A stretch of DNA of 64,000 nt, taken from NCBI GenBank assembly GCA_002269645.1, contig NIVC01002087.1, positions 141,949 to 205,948 of the forward strand. The letters are read 5' to 3'. Positions 39,345 through 53,227 of this stretch are shown piece by piece. The notes beneath the pieces were generated by a model. That model saw only the letters and a list, made by a program, of their open reading frames with translations, was not told where the DNA came from and made no database searches. The first letter of the stretch is position 1. The number at the start of each line of letters is the position of its first letter. The position numbers were made by a program, and so were the translations under genes. This DNA comes from Macrostomum lignano. Taxonomy: Eukaryota.

Positions 39345-42300
39345 TTTCATAGTCTACGGAATGATTGCTTCCATAGTCTATAGAATGATTGCTTCCATAG
39401 TCTATAGAGTGATTGCTTCCATAGTCTATAGAATGATTGCTTCCATAGTCTATAGAATGATTGCTTCCATAATCTATTGAGTGATTGCTTCCATAGTCTA
39501 TAGAATGATTGCTTCCATAGTCTATAGAGTGATTGCTTCCATAGTCTATAGAATGATTGCTTCCATAGTCTATAGAATGATTGCTTCCATAATCTATTGA
39601 GTGATTGCTTCCATAGTCTATAGAATGATTGCTTCCATAGTCTATAGAATGATTGCTTCCATAATCTATAGAATGATTGCTTCCATAGTCTATAGAATGA
39701 TTGCTTCCATAATCTATTGAGTGATTGCTTCCATAGTCTATAGAATGATTGCTTCCATAGTCTATAGAATGATTGCTTCCATAATCTATAGAGTGATTGC
39801 TTCCATAGTCTATAGAATGATTGCTTCCATAATCTATAGAGTGATTGCTTCCATAGTCTACGGAATGATTGCTTCCATAATCTATAGAGTGATTGCTTCC
39901 ATAATCTATAGAGTGATTGCTTCCATAGTCTATAGAATGATTGCTTCCATAATCTATAGAGTGATTGCTTCCATAGTCTATAGAATGATTGCTTCCATAA
40001 TCTATAGAGTGATTGCTTCCATAGTCTATGGAATGATTGCTTCCATAATCTATAGAGTGATTGCTTCCATAATCTATAGAGTGATTGCTTCCATAGTCTA
40101 TAGAATGATTGCTTCCATAATCTATAGAGTGATTGCTTCCATAGTCTATAGAATGATTGCTTCCATAATCTATAGAGTGATTGCTTCCATAGTCTACGGA
40201 ATGATTGCTTCCATAATCTATAGAGTGATTGCTTCCATAATCTATAGAGTGATTGCTTCCATAGTCTATAGAATGATTGCTTCCATAATCTATAGAGTGA
40301 TTGCTTCCATAGTCTATAGAGTGATTGCTTCCATAGTCTATAGAGTGATTGATTCCATAATCTATAGAGTGATTGCTTCCATAGTCTATAGAATGATTGC
40401 TTCCATAATCTATAGAGTGATTGCTTCCATAATCTATAGAGTGATTGCTTCCATAGTCTATAGAATGATTGCTTCCATAGTCTATAGAATGATTGCTTCC
40501 ATAATCTATAGAGTGATTGCTTCCATAATCTATAGAGTGATTGCTTCCATAGTCTATGGAATGATTGCTTCCATAATCTATAGAGTGATTGCTTCCATAA
40601 TCTATAGAGTGATTGCTTCCATAATCTATAGAGTGATTGCTTCCATAGTCTATAGAATGATTGCTTCCATAGTCTATAGAATGATTGCTTCCATAATCTA
40701 TTGAGTGATTGCTTCCATAGTCTATTGAGTGATTGATTCCATAATCTATAGAGTGATTGCTTCCATAGTCTATAGAATGATTGCTTCCATAATCTATAGA
40801 GTGATTGCTTCCATAATCTATAGAGTGATTGCTTCCATAGTCTATAGAATGATTGCTTCCATAGTCTATAGAATGATTGCTTCCATAATCTATAGAGTGA
40901 TTGCTTCCATAATCTATAGAGTGATTGCTTCCATAGTCTATGGAATGATTGCTTCCATAATCTATAGAGTGATTGCTTCCATAATCTATAGAGTGATTGC
41001 TTCCATAATCTATAGAGTGATTGCTTCCATAGTCTATGGAATGATTGCTTCCATAATCTATTGAGTGATTGCTTCCATAGTCTATGGAATGATTGCTTCC
41101 ATAGTCTATAGAATGATTGCTTCCATAGTCTATAGAGTGATTGCTTCCATAGTCTATAGAATGATTGCTTCCATAGTCTACGGAATGATTGCTTCCATAA
41201 TCTATAGAGTGATTGCTTCCATAATCTATAGAGTGATTGCTTCCATAGTCTATAGAATGATTGCTTCCATAATCTATAGAGTGATTGCTTCCATAGTCTA
41301 TAGAGTGATTGCTTCCATAGTCTATGGAATGATTGCTTCCATAATCTATAGAGTGATTGCTTCCATAATCTATAGAGTGATTGCTTCCATAATCTATAGA
41401 GTGATTGCTTCCATAGTCTATGGAATGATTGCTTCCATAATCTATTGAGTGATTGCTTCCATAATCTATAGAGTGATTGCTTCCATAGTCTATAGAATGA
41501 TTGCTTCCATAGTCTATAGAATGATTGCTTCCATAATCTATAGAGTGATTGCTTCCATAGTCTATAGAATGATTGCTTCCATAGTCTATAGAGTGATTGC
41601 TTCCATAATCTATAGAATGATTGCTTCCATAGTCTATAGAATGATTGCTTCCATAATCTATAGAGTGATTGCTTCCATAGTCTATAGAGTGATTGCTTCC
41701 ATAGTCTATACGAGTCGTTAGAATGATTGCTTCCATAGTCTATACGAGTCGTTAGAATGATTGCTTCCATAGTCTATAGAGTGATTGCTTCCATAGTCTA
41801 TACAAGTCGTTAGAATGATTGCTTCCATAGTCTATACGAGTCGTTAGAATGATTGCTTCCATAGTCTATACGAGTCGTTAGAATGATTGCTTCCATAGTC
41901 TATACGAGTCGTTAGAATGATTGCTTCCATAGTCTATACGAGTCGTTAGAATGATTGCTTCCATAGTCTATAGAATGGTTGCTTCCATAGTCTATGGAAT
42001 GATTGCTTCCATAGTCTATGGAATGATTGCTTCCATAGTCTATAGAGTGATTGCTTCCATAGTCTATACGAGTCGTTAGAATGATTGCTTCCATAGTCTA
42101 TACGAGTCGTTGGAATGATTGCTTCCATAGTCTATACAAGTCGTTAGAATGATTGCTTCCATAGTCTATACGAGTCGTTAGAATGATTGCTTCCATAGTC
42201 TATACGAGTCGTTAGAATGATTGCTTCCATAGTCTATACGAGTCGTTAGAATGATTGCTTCCATAGTCTATACGAGTCGTTAGAATGATTGCTTCCATAG

Positions 42301-42358
42301 TCTATAGAATGGTTGCTTCCATAGTCTATAGAGTGGTTGCTTCCATAGTCTATGGAAT
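39345..42358 (+). repeat. 24-bp minisatellite ATGATTGCTTCCATAGTCTATAGA (~3 kb) with 34-bp variant units at the right end
   Basis: Direct reading; the 34-bp unit carries an extra 10 nt (…TATACGAGTCGTTAGA). Confidence 0.98.
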
Positions 42359-42399
42359 GTCTATCGATTAATTGCTTATATCGTTTTCAGGGCTGAAGT

Positions 42400-42444
<45 letters not shown>

Positions 42445-42451
42445 CACACAC

Positions 42452-42494
<43 letters not shown>
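42400..42494 (+). repeat. (CA)n microsatellite
   Basis: Direct reading. Confidence 0.98.
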
Positions 42495-42495
<1 letters not shown>

Positions 42496-43044
42496 CGACC
42501 GAAATTAAGTGCGTCGGAGCGACAGTTAACACCGTCTTGTTGGCGGTTTGTCACGAGCCAAGACTTTGCCAGCCCAATCAGTCAGTCAATTTCAGGCCAG
42601 TTAGTTATCGGTTTCTTAGAAATAGTGAGGACGAGTGCGTTGGTGGGTTAGTTGCTAGGCAATTAAATTTATACTGCAATGCCTCTAGGGCGGCTTCGAG
42701 TTTAGATTAATCTTTTGTTTAGATTATAAATTCTCTGAATAATTCCATAATATCTTTTACTTTTAAGCAGAATTATATAAAACCTGCTAAACTAGCTACG
42801 TAAATAATAATGAAATTTTTCAGCAATTCAACCCAGAAGCTACAGAGGAGCAACTTTGAGCTTCGAAAGCAGAGTGCAGCATTCTGAAATCGGTATTTCT
42901 GCGGATCTCTGAATTCAGACTGCATTTCCATTCCTTCTTATTTTTTACAGTGCATTGTACCGAACTTGTGGTGTTGCTGCATGCACTGTTCTTTTCATTC
43001 TCGGCTGTATGGTTCTACAAAATAGGGAGAATTAAATAAGGAAT

Positions 43045-43970
<926 letters not shown>

Positions 43971-44368
43971 AATACAATCGAGGCATTGGTTTAGTAAATT
44001 CAAGGTTTCCAGTCTAATGGGTCACAAAGATTCGTCTTACTGTTGAACTTAAATAGTTATAAAGGCAGATTTTGTGAGTTAGGAAGCAACTGCAAAACTG
44101 ACAATTAACTGCAGTAGTGGTCAAGCTGGCAATGGATATGAGAATAGTTTTGTGAGTTAAATATCATCGCAGAGTGAAGGGTGACTATTCAAATACTATA
44201 AAATGTTAAAAGTTCATTGCTTGACTCAAGCAGGCTTCTACTTACAAGCTATTCAAGCACCTGAGCAATGCCCTGTTTTTTCTATAAAAAATCAATAGTT
44301 CGAGCGCTTAATTATATGTCTAGAAGCTTTTTCTTGTGAAGAAAAATTTATGTGATTGTCTGACTTAC

Positions 44369-44474
44369 TACTCAAAAACCATATACAGAGTTCCGTCCAT
44401 GCTGTACGTCTCGAGAAGTTCAACAATGTGATTGTGCTTCAACATGTGGCATATTTTTGCTTCCCGTTTCAGAT
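44369..44474 (-). CDS. CASK: CASK exon 3 ([36 protein letters not shown])
   Basis: Near-identical to [40 protein letters not shown]. tttcag acceptor, GTAAGT donor. Confidence 0.95.
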
Positions 44475-44561
44475 CTGAAAGAAGAAAAATGATTTAAAGT
44501 TACTTTAATTCTTATTTTCAAATAAAAGAGATTCTGTATTCTGCTCAGTGATGGAACCAAC

Positions 44562-44674
44562 CGTCTGTAGTGATGCCGGGACTGGACGCAAATTTGGTCA
44601 CATCAACAATTTTCACGGCAAATAGTCGATGCGTTTGCTTGTGCACACACTTTCTCACAATGCTGAATGGACCC
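44562..44674 (-). CDS. CASK: CASK exon 2 (GPFSIVRKCVHKQTHRLFAVKIVDVTKFASSPGITTD)
   Basis: Matches CASK GPFSVVRRC...FAVKIVDVAKFTSSPG. CAG acceptor and GT donor; phases 2/1 fit the neighbouring exons. Confidence 0.95.
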
Positions 44675-45345
44675 CTGTTAACAAAGTGATTGTGTTGGAG
44701 ACACTAAATTGTAGGTATTTTGAAAAATAAATGACACAAGTAAAAACTATTTTATGCTTGCAAAGAAAATTCCTGCAAATTTGGTTTTGGATAAAATAGA
44801 GACAAACAACTCATTTTTATTAATAGTATATAGGATAGATACCATGTAGGAAACCTTAACAATTATATAAATCACTCATTTTGTATTCTTTTTTAAAAAA
44901 TAGAGCAAAACTACGCGTCAAGGTGAAGCAAAAAGTATAGCTAAATATTAAATCATATACACTAAATAGCTAGCAGTAAATCACTTTTATAATTGTACAC
45001 TGACAGACAGGTCTTATTTTCATTTCTATGAAGAAACTCTATTTGACAATTCTTTTGCTCTACGGCAAAACAAAATAAAATGCTTTCATTCATGATAAAT
45101 TGTTTCTTGATATTGCTAGAACTTTCTTTGGTTTAGGACATTTATAAAAATGTAATTATTGGTTGCAAGATGAGATTATTGATTAAGATATTTAATTCCT
45201 AAAAAATTGTGTGCTTCTAGACACTGATAAAACAGCGCAAAGCTACTAAATGGCCCAATGAAGCTTAAAAAATATGTGTAAGCATAAGTTGTAAATGCGT
45301 CCTTTGGATAGCATGCATCATTTGACATTTATTGGATGAACTTAC

Positions 45346-45437
45346 TTTCCAATTATTTCTTGCAACTGATAAACATCATCAAATAATATATCCTGCTCTG
45401 ATCCATCCTTTTCTTTCATTGCATCTTCGTCAGACAT
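45346..45437 (-). CDS. CASK: CASK/LIN-2 exon 1 (MSDEDAMKEKDGSEQDILFDDVYQLQEIIG-K)
   Basis: Manual translation matches the CASK N-terminus (human DDDVLFEDVYELCEVIGK). ATG at 45437; ends AA|GTAAGT (phase 2). Confidence 0.92.
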
Positions 45438-48129
45438 ATCTCCGATCGACTTTTAGATCTTTATGACAACTTTGATGGTGACAGTCTCTAGCTCAGGGGA
45501 AAACGAAATTAAATGTATACTTTCAATTCCATTAATTCAGTTTTTACTTATTATGTGTGTCTCTAAAACAAATACAGACGAGTCAATGTTTTTAAGGTTA
45601 CTTCAAGCTAAGAGTTTTAAAGCGCATTTTTTCAAAACCAGTTTTCTGGCAACAGTCACATTTGATCAGAATTTCGATATTAGCGTTTTCGTGTTTATTT
45701 CAGTTATCGTTTTCCCGCCAAATGCTTTAACTCAAAATAACAAAACACAAAAGAATACAAGGCTTGTATTCTACTTCTAACGTAAGATGATGCGATATTT
45801 ATTTAACTGATTCTAAATTAAAATTTAATTTCCAGGGTTAAATTACAAATGAGTTTACGATAGTTTTTGAGGCAACGCACCCCGTTAACGTTGGCCTAAC
45901 TGTGATAGGCTTACCCCCATGCAAGCTTGCTGATAGCAAACTTTCCAAAAGTTCGATCGAACGACCTACTACAGTCTACTATGGTAAATTACTGTGTTGT
46001 CTTATGTAATTTCACTTACTTTTAATTAAACTTTCAAATGTATAAATCCCATATTGTCTACGACTGTACTATGTTATGTTCGCTAATCGCTAGGGGCCTA
46101 GGCTTATTGCTAGCCTTTGTTTTAGTTTTAAAAGTTTTAAGAATAGGCCCCTACCTCCCACTAGGATTAATACAATAGCAATATGCCTAGGCAATAAATA
46201 GCCTGTCTAGATCAAACAAAAAGTAGGCTTTAGCTTCTACTTTACTTGGGTAGTCCTTGGCCTAAGCATTTGGAAAAGTGGAATAAAGAATGTTGGGGCC
46301 TAGGCCTAGACTAGAGCCTAAGCCTAGGCCCTGCTGCCCTAGCCTAGGGCCCTAGCCCCTGGCCCTAGGCCAGAGCCAGATGCCTTGTGTTGTGCTAGGC
46401 CTAGGCCCTAGCCTAGTGCTGGTTTTAAGTGATATTTCAGGCTAGGCCTAGGGCCTAGTAGGTTAGTAGGCCAGGCCTAGGGGCTAGAGCCTAGGCTAGG
46501 GCCTACTGTACCCTCCTATCCTAGCCTAGATCACAATAGGCCCCTATTTATAATTAGGCCCTAGGCCTACAATATGGTATAGGACCAAGTCTGCCACACT
46601 TGGGGGAGCTAGAGGAGAAATTTGGCTTAATGTGTTATTAGGCCTAGATAGTACTAGAAAGGAGACGAGTGGGTAGGAAAGCCAGTAGGACAAGGCTGCA
46701 AGAAAGAAATCTATGAGGCAATGAGAGGAATAGCAATGCTAGAATATTGGTAGCTTTCCCTCAATACCAGTAGGCCTACAAGGACTTCTAGACTAACAGG
46801 ACATAAAACTCAAAGATCATACAATTTTTGGTGGCCACGATTTCCTGGAAAAATTACACTGCAAAGATAGGAAAAAAATCAGTTTTTGTCACAAAATCAA
46901 TGATTGTATTTGATCTGGGGCAGTGAAGACTACCATTCTTTTAATTTAGCATGCACAACATGTTACTCTATTATATTTTCATATAGCTGTATAGTGAAGT
47001 TTTCATTTTCATATTGTTTTCACTTTATTTCATAAGCCCAAAGTTGCAAATACTCATAAGTGGCATTAGCCAAATATCAAACTAATTCAAGAAAAGTAAA
47101 GCTATTCAAATTTGACAATTTGTAATATAATAATATTTTAGCCTTTAAAATAAAAATTATAAATAGACTAGGGCCCAATCAATATTTTTTTTCTTATAGA
47201 TATGGTACCTAGAAAAAATGGTTAGTGCCTATTTTTGTGATTGTCTATTCTTTTTAAATCTTAGTCTTAAATATAGGCTTGGCTTAAAAACTGATAATAT
47301 AGCTTTCTCAGGCCTAGGTAAACAACAATATAAAACTATGTATTGGTTATCTATATATAATAAAACTAAAAAAATCATTGTATAATTTTTTTAATTTTAA
47401 TTTTTTAATTTTTCTATTTTTAAAGCTAAAAAGTAACAAATAATGTCAAGTAAAAACATATTTGTAAGTTACTATTAAAAGTATATATAATGTAAGAAGT
47501 AACTTGTTTATTTGAAACTTGGAAGTTGATTAATAATTAATAAAATAAATAGAAATTTGAGACCAAATTGGAATCTTGGCTTGGCTCTGCTCATGCAGTT
47601 AAGATACTTAAGGGCCAACCCCCAAGGCACAGTAAAGTGTACATGCCTAAAAATAAATAGTTAGGTCATTGTACACTTTGTATGCTTATGCATATGACAC
47701 AATACACAGTTGTATGTCTATTCAGTGCTTAGTGTAGTCTGTGAAATGGGCAATACATATAATAGAAATATTAGTTACAACAAATCTGAACCCCATATGT
47801 TATATTAGCAACCACTTAAGACTTCTGTATCAATTTTCATATTTGAGTAATCTATAAACATAGAGTCTATAAATGTGGTTTTCATAATGTATTGGTTTCC
47901 CAACAGACATTCAGACAGACATTCAGAAATCGTTCAGTAAATGTTTAACAAAATTTTCTATTTAGTACACAAGACAGTGTAAATTTTTAGACATTTTTAC
48001 GCATTTCTCTGCTTTAAAAAGACACCTCAGACACACACAAAGACGCTTTACAAGCTGAGATATTCCCTAGCAACTGTTGTTAGCTCGTTTCCCAATATAC
48101 CAAATACTGTATATAGTAGTTCAGCCTAG

Positions 48130-48965
48130 ACATTGCTGATCACTGATCAAGCCTCGACAGTGGGCAAACCTCAACTGCTAGGTATCCTCAGCTAGTCTCT
48201 CGAGCACTAGGAGCTCTGGACCATCGATCCAGCATCATCTGGACGCCATCGGCACCTTCAACTGCAGATTACACCATGTGACTATATGAGCAGCCTGATC
48301 GGATAAGAATTTTTTTAGTTTGCTGATCAAGCCTTGAAAATGGACAAGCCTCAACCGCGGGACATTCTCAGCTAGTCTCTCGAGCATTCAGTCATCACCT
48401 GGATGCCGTCGGCACCTTCAACGGATTATACCAGCTGACTATGGACACTCTGGATGCAAATACACCTGTTTTTTCTTATCAAGCTTCAATAATGGGCAAA
48501 ACTTAACTGCTGGACATTCTCAGCTAGAATTTCGAGCCTTCAGTCACCACCCCGACGCCGTCGAGACCTTCAACAAGTGGCAGTAGGTGACTATGGACAT
48601 CCTGATACGAATTTCTCTAGCTTCGCTTTTCAAACCTTTACAGTGGGCAAGCCGGCCTCAACTGCTAGGTATCCTCAGCTGGTCTCCCAAGCATTTAGTC
48701 ATCACCCGGACGCCGTCAGCATCTTCAACAGATGACACCAGGCGACTGTGACCACCCTGATACAAATTTCTTGAGTTTCGCCAATCAAGCCTTGACAGTG
48801 AGCAAGCCTCAACTTTTAGACACCCTCAGCTAGTCTCTCAAGCATTCTGTCACCACTCCGACACCGTCGGCACCTTCAACAGATCAGATGACTATGGACA
48901 TCCTTTTGCAACTATGTCAGGTTTTTCTTATCAAACTTCAATAATGCGCAATCTGTAAGTCCTGC
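48130..48965 (+). repeat. ~150-bp degenerate tandem repeat (~6 copies) inside the long-TIR element; inverted copies at ~49285-49495
   Basis: AAGCCTCAACTGCTAGG...CTCAGCTAGTCTCTCGAGCATTCAG...GACGCCGTCGGCACCTTCAAC recurs at roughly 150-bp spacing. Confidence 0.8.
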
Positions 48966-51506
48966 ATATTCTCAGCTAGAGTCCCAAACATTCTATAATC
49001 ACCCGACGTAATTATGTAAACATGATGAGGTAATTTGTTAATTAAACTAAATTGAACAGAATGTTCACGAAAAGAAGAAAGCACTAAAAACTGCCAAATT
49101 TTCTGTGTGGAATGAAGATAAAGTCACAATATACTAAATATCCAAGTCTTCTGTCTTAAAAGTTACTATTTGTTTAAAAATAAATAAATCATACTTCTGG
49201 GGGTCCATGGTCATGGTTTTGTCTCCTTGAAAGTGCCGATGACGGCAGAATGATGACAATGCTTGAGAAACTAGTTAAGGATGCCTAGCAGTTGAGGTTT
49301 GCCAATTATTGAAGCTTGATAAAAAATATAGCATATTTGCATCAGACTGTCCATAGTCAGCTGGTGTAATCTGCTGAAGGTGCCGACGGCGTCCGGGTGA
49401 TGACTGAATTCTCGAGAGACTAGCTGAGGATGTCTAGCAGTTGAGGCTTGTCTACTCTGTCGAGGCTTGATCAGCGAAACTAGCTGAGAAATTTGAACAG
49501 CGTGTCCATATACATGTAGACACCTGTTGCAACTTGTTGAAGGTCCAGAAGCTCTGCCTGGGTGAAGGCTAGTGACCAACAAAGTCAAGTAAATCTGATG
49601 CAAACACATGTGGTCAACGTTCCGATGAAATTTGGATACTTGGCAAGGCTGCACTGAGGCGCAGTGCTTATTGGTGCACAGGGTGTAATACACTGGTGCT
49701 TATGGGAAAATCCGACCATCTGCAGGCAGAATCATCGAATATCTTGATGGTCCAGAGGGCTGGCAACAACTTGATTCTTGTTCGAGAAGGTGCGTAGCAA
49801 AAAGTAAGCCCATGTTCTTGAATTTTGTGCGCCCGCGTTGCTCCGTGTCGGCGCATCAAAAAATGTCAGCTAGGGTGGGGGATTCCCTGTTCTACTGTTA
49901 ATAATAGAACAGTAATAATAATATATAGTAATAAAAGGAATACAGTAATACAATCATAATAATCTTATTATCATTATTAATAGTAATAATTTCAATAAAA
50001 GTCTTAATAATATTGTAATAATAATACATTCGGTATTTTTAGAAAATGTCGTAACAACAGTTGCTAGGGAATATCTCAGCTTGTAAAGCGTCTTTGTATA
50101 TGTCTGAGGTGTCTTTTTAAAGCAGAGACATGCATAAAACAGCTGTGCAAATTTGATGTAGAAAGATCAAAGTGGGACGATGTAGCGGCTTCTCAAAAAA
50201 CTACTATATACAGTATTCGGTATATTGGGAAACGGCATAACAACAGTGGCTAGGGAATATCTCAGCTTGTAAAGCATCTTTGTGTGTGTCTGAGGTGTCT
50301 TTTTAAAGCAGAGACATGCGTAAAACAGCTGTGCAAATTTCATGTAGAAAGACCAAAGTGGGACAATATACACTGTAAAAAATATGTGGCTGAAAAAGTA
50401 GCCAAAAAGTGGCCAAATGCAAGTAGCCTAAAAGTGACCAAGAGTGTCCCACGTTCGGCCACATTTCCGGCCACTTTTTAAGTGGCCACATTTCTGGCCA
50501 CTTTTTAAGTGGCCAAACGTGGGACACTCTTGGCCACTTTTAGGCTACTTGCATTTGGCCACTTTTTGGCTACTTTTTCGGCCACATATTTCTCGTGTTT
50601 GTGTTATTTTCGGCTCTTTTACAATAAATTTCTCTCTGTAAACGTGGAATCCTTAAATAAAACCCCTCATTGCAGTTATTGTACTGCATTTATAGATTAA
50701 AAAAGTAATTAAGCAGTATATAAGCATATTATATATGACCAGAAAAATTTCATAATTCATTTTGTTGATTGAATAGTGGAAAAATTGTCTCAGTTATCCA
50801 GCACGTTAATTGTATTTTTTTATTAAAGAGAAAAAAACAGAACATAGAGCAATTGTGAGAAATTGTGAATAAATGTGAGCAATGGTAAGCAAATGAGCAA
50901 ATGTGAGCAACTGAGCAACTGTTTGGGTGGCTGAGTAGGGGAGACTTGGGTGGCTGGTTTCGGCAGATTTGGGTGCATGGCTGAGTATAGGGGAGACTTT
51001 GGTGGCTGGTCATGGGAGATTTGGGTGGCTAGGAAATTTCTGAGAAGCACAATTGGAGGATGCGACACTTTGTCAAGTTCATTGTCGATCACAAAAAACT
51101 ACTGGGCAAAACTTGCACTGTCGACTTGACTGACTGATTGGTGGCTCGCTTAGGATTCCGGAGCTTCAAAAAAATCTCAACCGTCTCCAGCAGGTTTTCT
51201 GTGCAGTGGTCATGCTTTAATGCCAGAAATGCTAGAACGTACAAAGAATAGTCTCCAAAGCAGATTCCGTCTTGATATTAGTTGTGGACACCCGCATGCC
51301 ACTCCAATGACCGTCGAAACTTGAAACGTCACCATCTGCCACGATGCTAACGTGGCGATTTGAGTCAAAAAAGGCATCAAGGTTGCACACTTTGGCCTTG
51401 ATGGCCAGAAGCATAAAACCGTTTTTAACAGAAACTTCAGGATCGTCTGACTGTTGGAGAAATGGATTGGCACAAGATGACCTGGACAGAAGCGAAGCGC
51501 TTCCAT

Positions 51507-51916
51507 TCATCCACTGTGTAAGATCGCGCAATCGGTCCAACAGGGTGCAGATTTTTGTGCTGTTCTGAGCCAGGTAGTCCGATTTAGAATTGCTGGAGTA
51601 GACAAAGGAAAAAAGTTAAATATATCCTTTATTTCATTAAAACTTAAAGCCTTTTCCTTTAATAAAAACTTAAGAACAGAGCAAACTACAAAGTGGGAAA
51701 TTCCTTCTAAAAGGTCGTGAAAAAAGTCTGGAGGAAAAAAGTAGGGCATGGTTGCATATCCAAGGCTTAAAAATGGACATTCCTTTAAAATACCTGTAGT
51801 TTCATCTATTTCCCAATCAGAACTTCTTTGGAATAGTTTATTTTCAATGAGACAAAAGTCACAATCAGTTGCCTTGGCAGTGCAAAATCGACAAACCTTT
51901 CCTGAGGCAAAATTAG
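51507..51916 (-). pseudogene. EnSpm-type transposase, 3' fragment (ASGKVCRFC...PPDFFHDLLEG)
   Basis: CRFC and DxxHDLLEG motifs typical of CMC-EnSpm transposases. Joins ...GNNLSINSLFGLQTNF (ending ~53054) once the hAT insert is removed. Confidence 0.82.
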
Positions 51917-53053
51917 TAGTGTTCCGCCACCGCGAGTTTTGACCTCCATAACCGTAACCGTAGCCGTAAGAAAGAAGCAACTTCCATAGCCGAATTTTGC
52001 CGTCATTACGGGCTAAAAAAGTCCGTAACCGTAATTTGCCGTAACCGTAGCCGTAATGTATAACAAAAATTGATATTTTTGCATGAAAAGTAGGGCAGAC
52101 AGAAAAGGACAGATGAAAAGGATAAAAGGATAGCAATAAAACCTACTTGTTGTTCGTTCATGCATTAATATTCATTTATTTTTTCGTAAATATAATATCT
52201 TTATCGAAGTATTCTATAGCATTGCTGTATGTAATTGTGTGCTTGGTGCCTTTTTCAGTTTTCTGTGTCGTGATTCTGTTTTGTTTCGCTACAATATGAA
52301 TATATGACTGACGTGCCAAGGTCAATGTGTATGTTTAATATCATTAAATAAATATATGAATTTGTTCAAATAAAACTGCTTCAAAATTTCCGATGACTAA
52401 GAAATTGCATGTTACATTTTTCATTTTCATTTTATTGCATTGTCTATTGTATTGTCTTCTTTGGTTTCAATCAATTTTCAATCATAATTCATATTCTTAT
52501 CCTATTAGTATTTATTTAGTATTTCCTTATTAATATTCTTTCATCCTTATCCTCATAATCTAAATCTAATATCCTATTTTTATGCTAAGGAGCTAAATGC
52601 TACATATGGCTAAGAAATAAGAATGCCAGATTCTTAGTCTCTTGTAGGCTTTGACTGGCTCTCTCTGTCTCGCTGCTATCATGCTATCGCTATGCTATGC
52701 TATGCCGTATGCCTAATTAGAAAATTCGTGAAAAAATTCGTTTTTCATTTTCAAGAAGTTTCGTAGATATTTAGAAACTTAACAAATGTAAAAAATAATA
52801 ATAACTAGTAAAACAAAATGAAAACTGGTTGAAGTTGATGTAAAAAATTCTTTTATAACACTAAACAGTTAAAAATAAATAATTTTTGTTATGGCTACCA
52901 ATTACGGCAAGTCTAGAAAAATCTCCGTAATCCGTAACCGTAACCGTAAGCTCAAAATATGTCCGTAACCGTAATCCGTAATGAAAATACGGCTTCAAAA
53001 GTGTCGTAGCCGTAATTTGCCGTAGCCGTAGCCGTAATTACGGCGGAACACTA
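51917..53053. mobile_element. hAT-type non-autonomous element (1137 bp) inserted in the EnSpm transposase
   Basis: 12-bp TIR TAGTGTTCCGCC / GGCGGAACACTA; perfect 8-bp TSD AAAATTAG (51909-51916, 53054-53061); clustered subterminal CCGTAA/CCGTAG repeats. Confidence 0.9.
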
Positions 53054-53227
53054 AAAATTAGTTTGAAGACCAAAAAGGCTATTTATTGATAAATTATTGC
53101 CTGTACAAAAGCAAGCAATTATAGGGACATTTATTTTTTGGCCATACTTATTGATATCAATACCTAAGACTAAGTCATATAAAACATTTGTCTTGTGATG
53201 CAACCTCATATGGTGCATTTAGAATTC

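Noticed and set aside
39328-41770. 800-aa ORFs (IDYGSNHS)n and (YRLWKQS)n
   Set aside because: Artefact of a 24-bp unit; no unique coding flanks or splice support.
49271-49859. ORFs within the outer element as a captured gene or transposase
   Set aside because: Interrupted by stops, partly overlapping the 150-bp repeat, and no recognisable domain.
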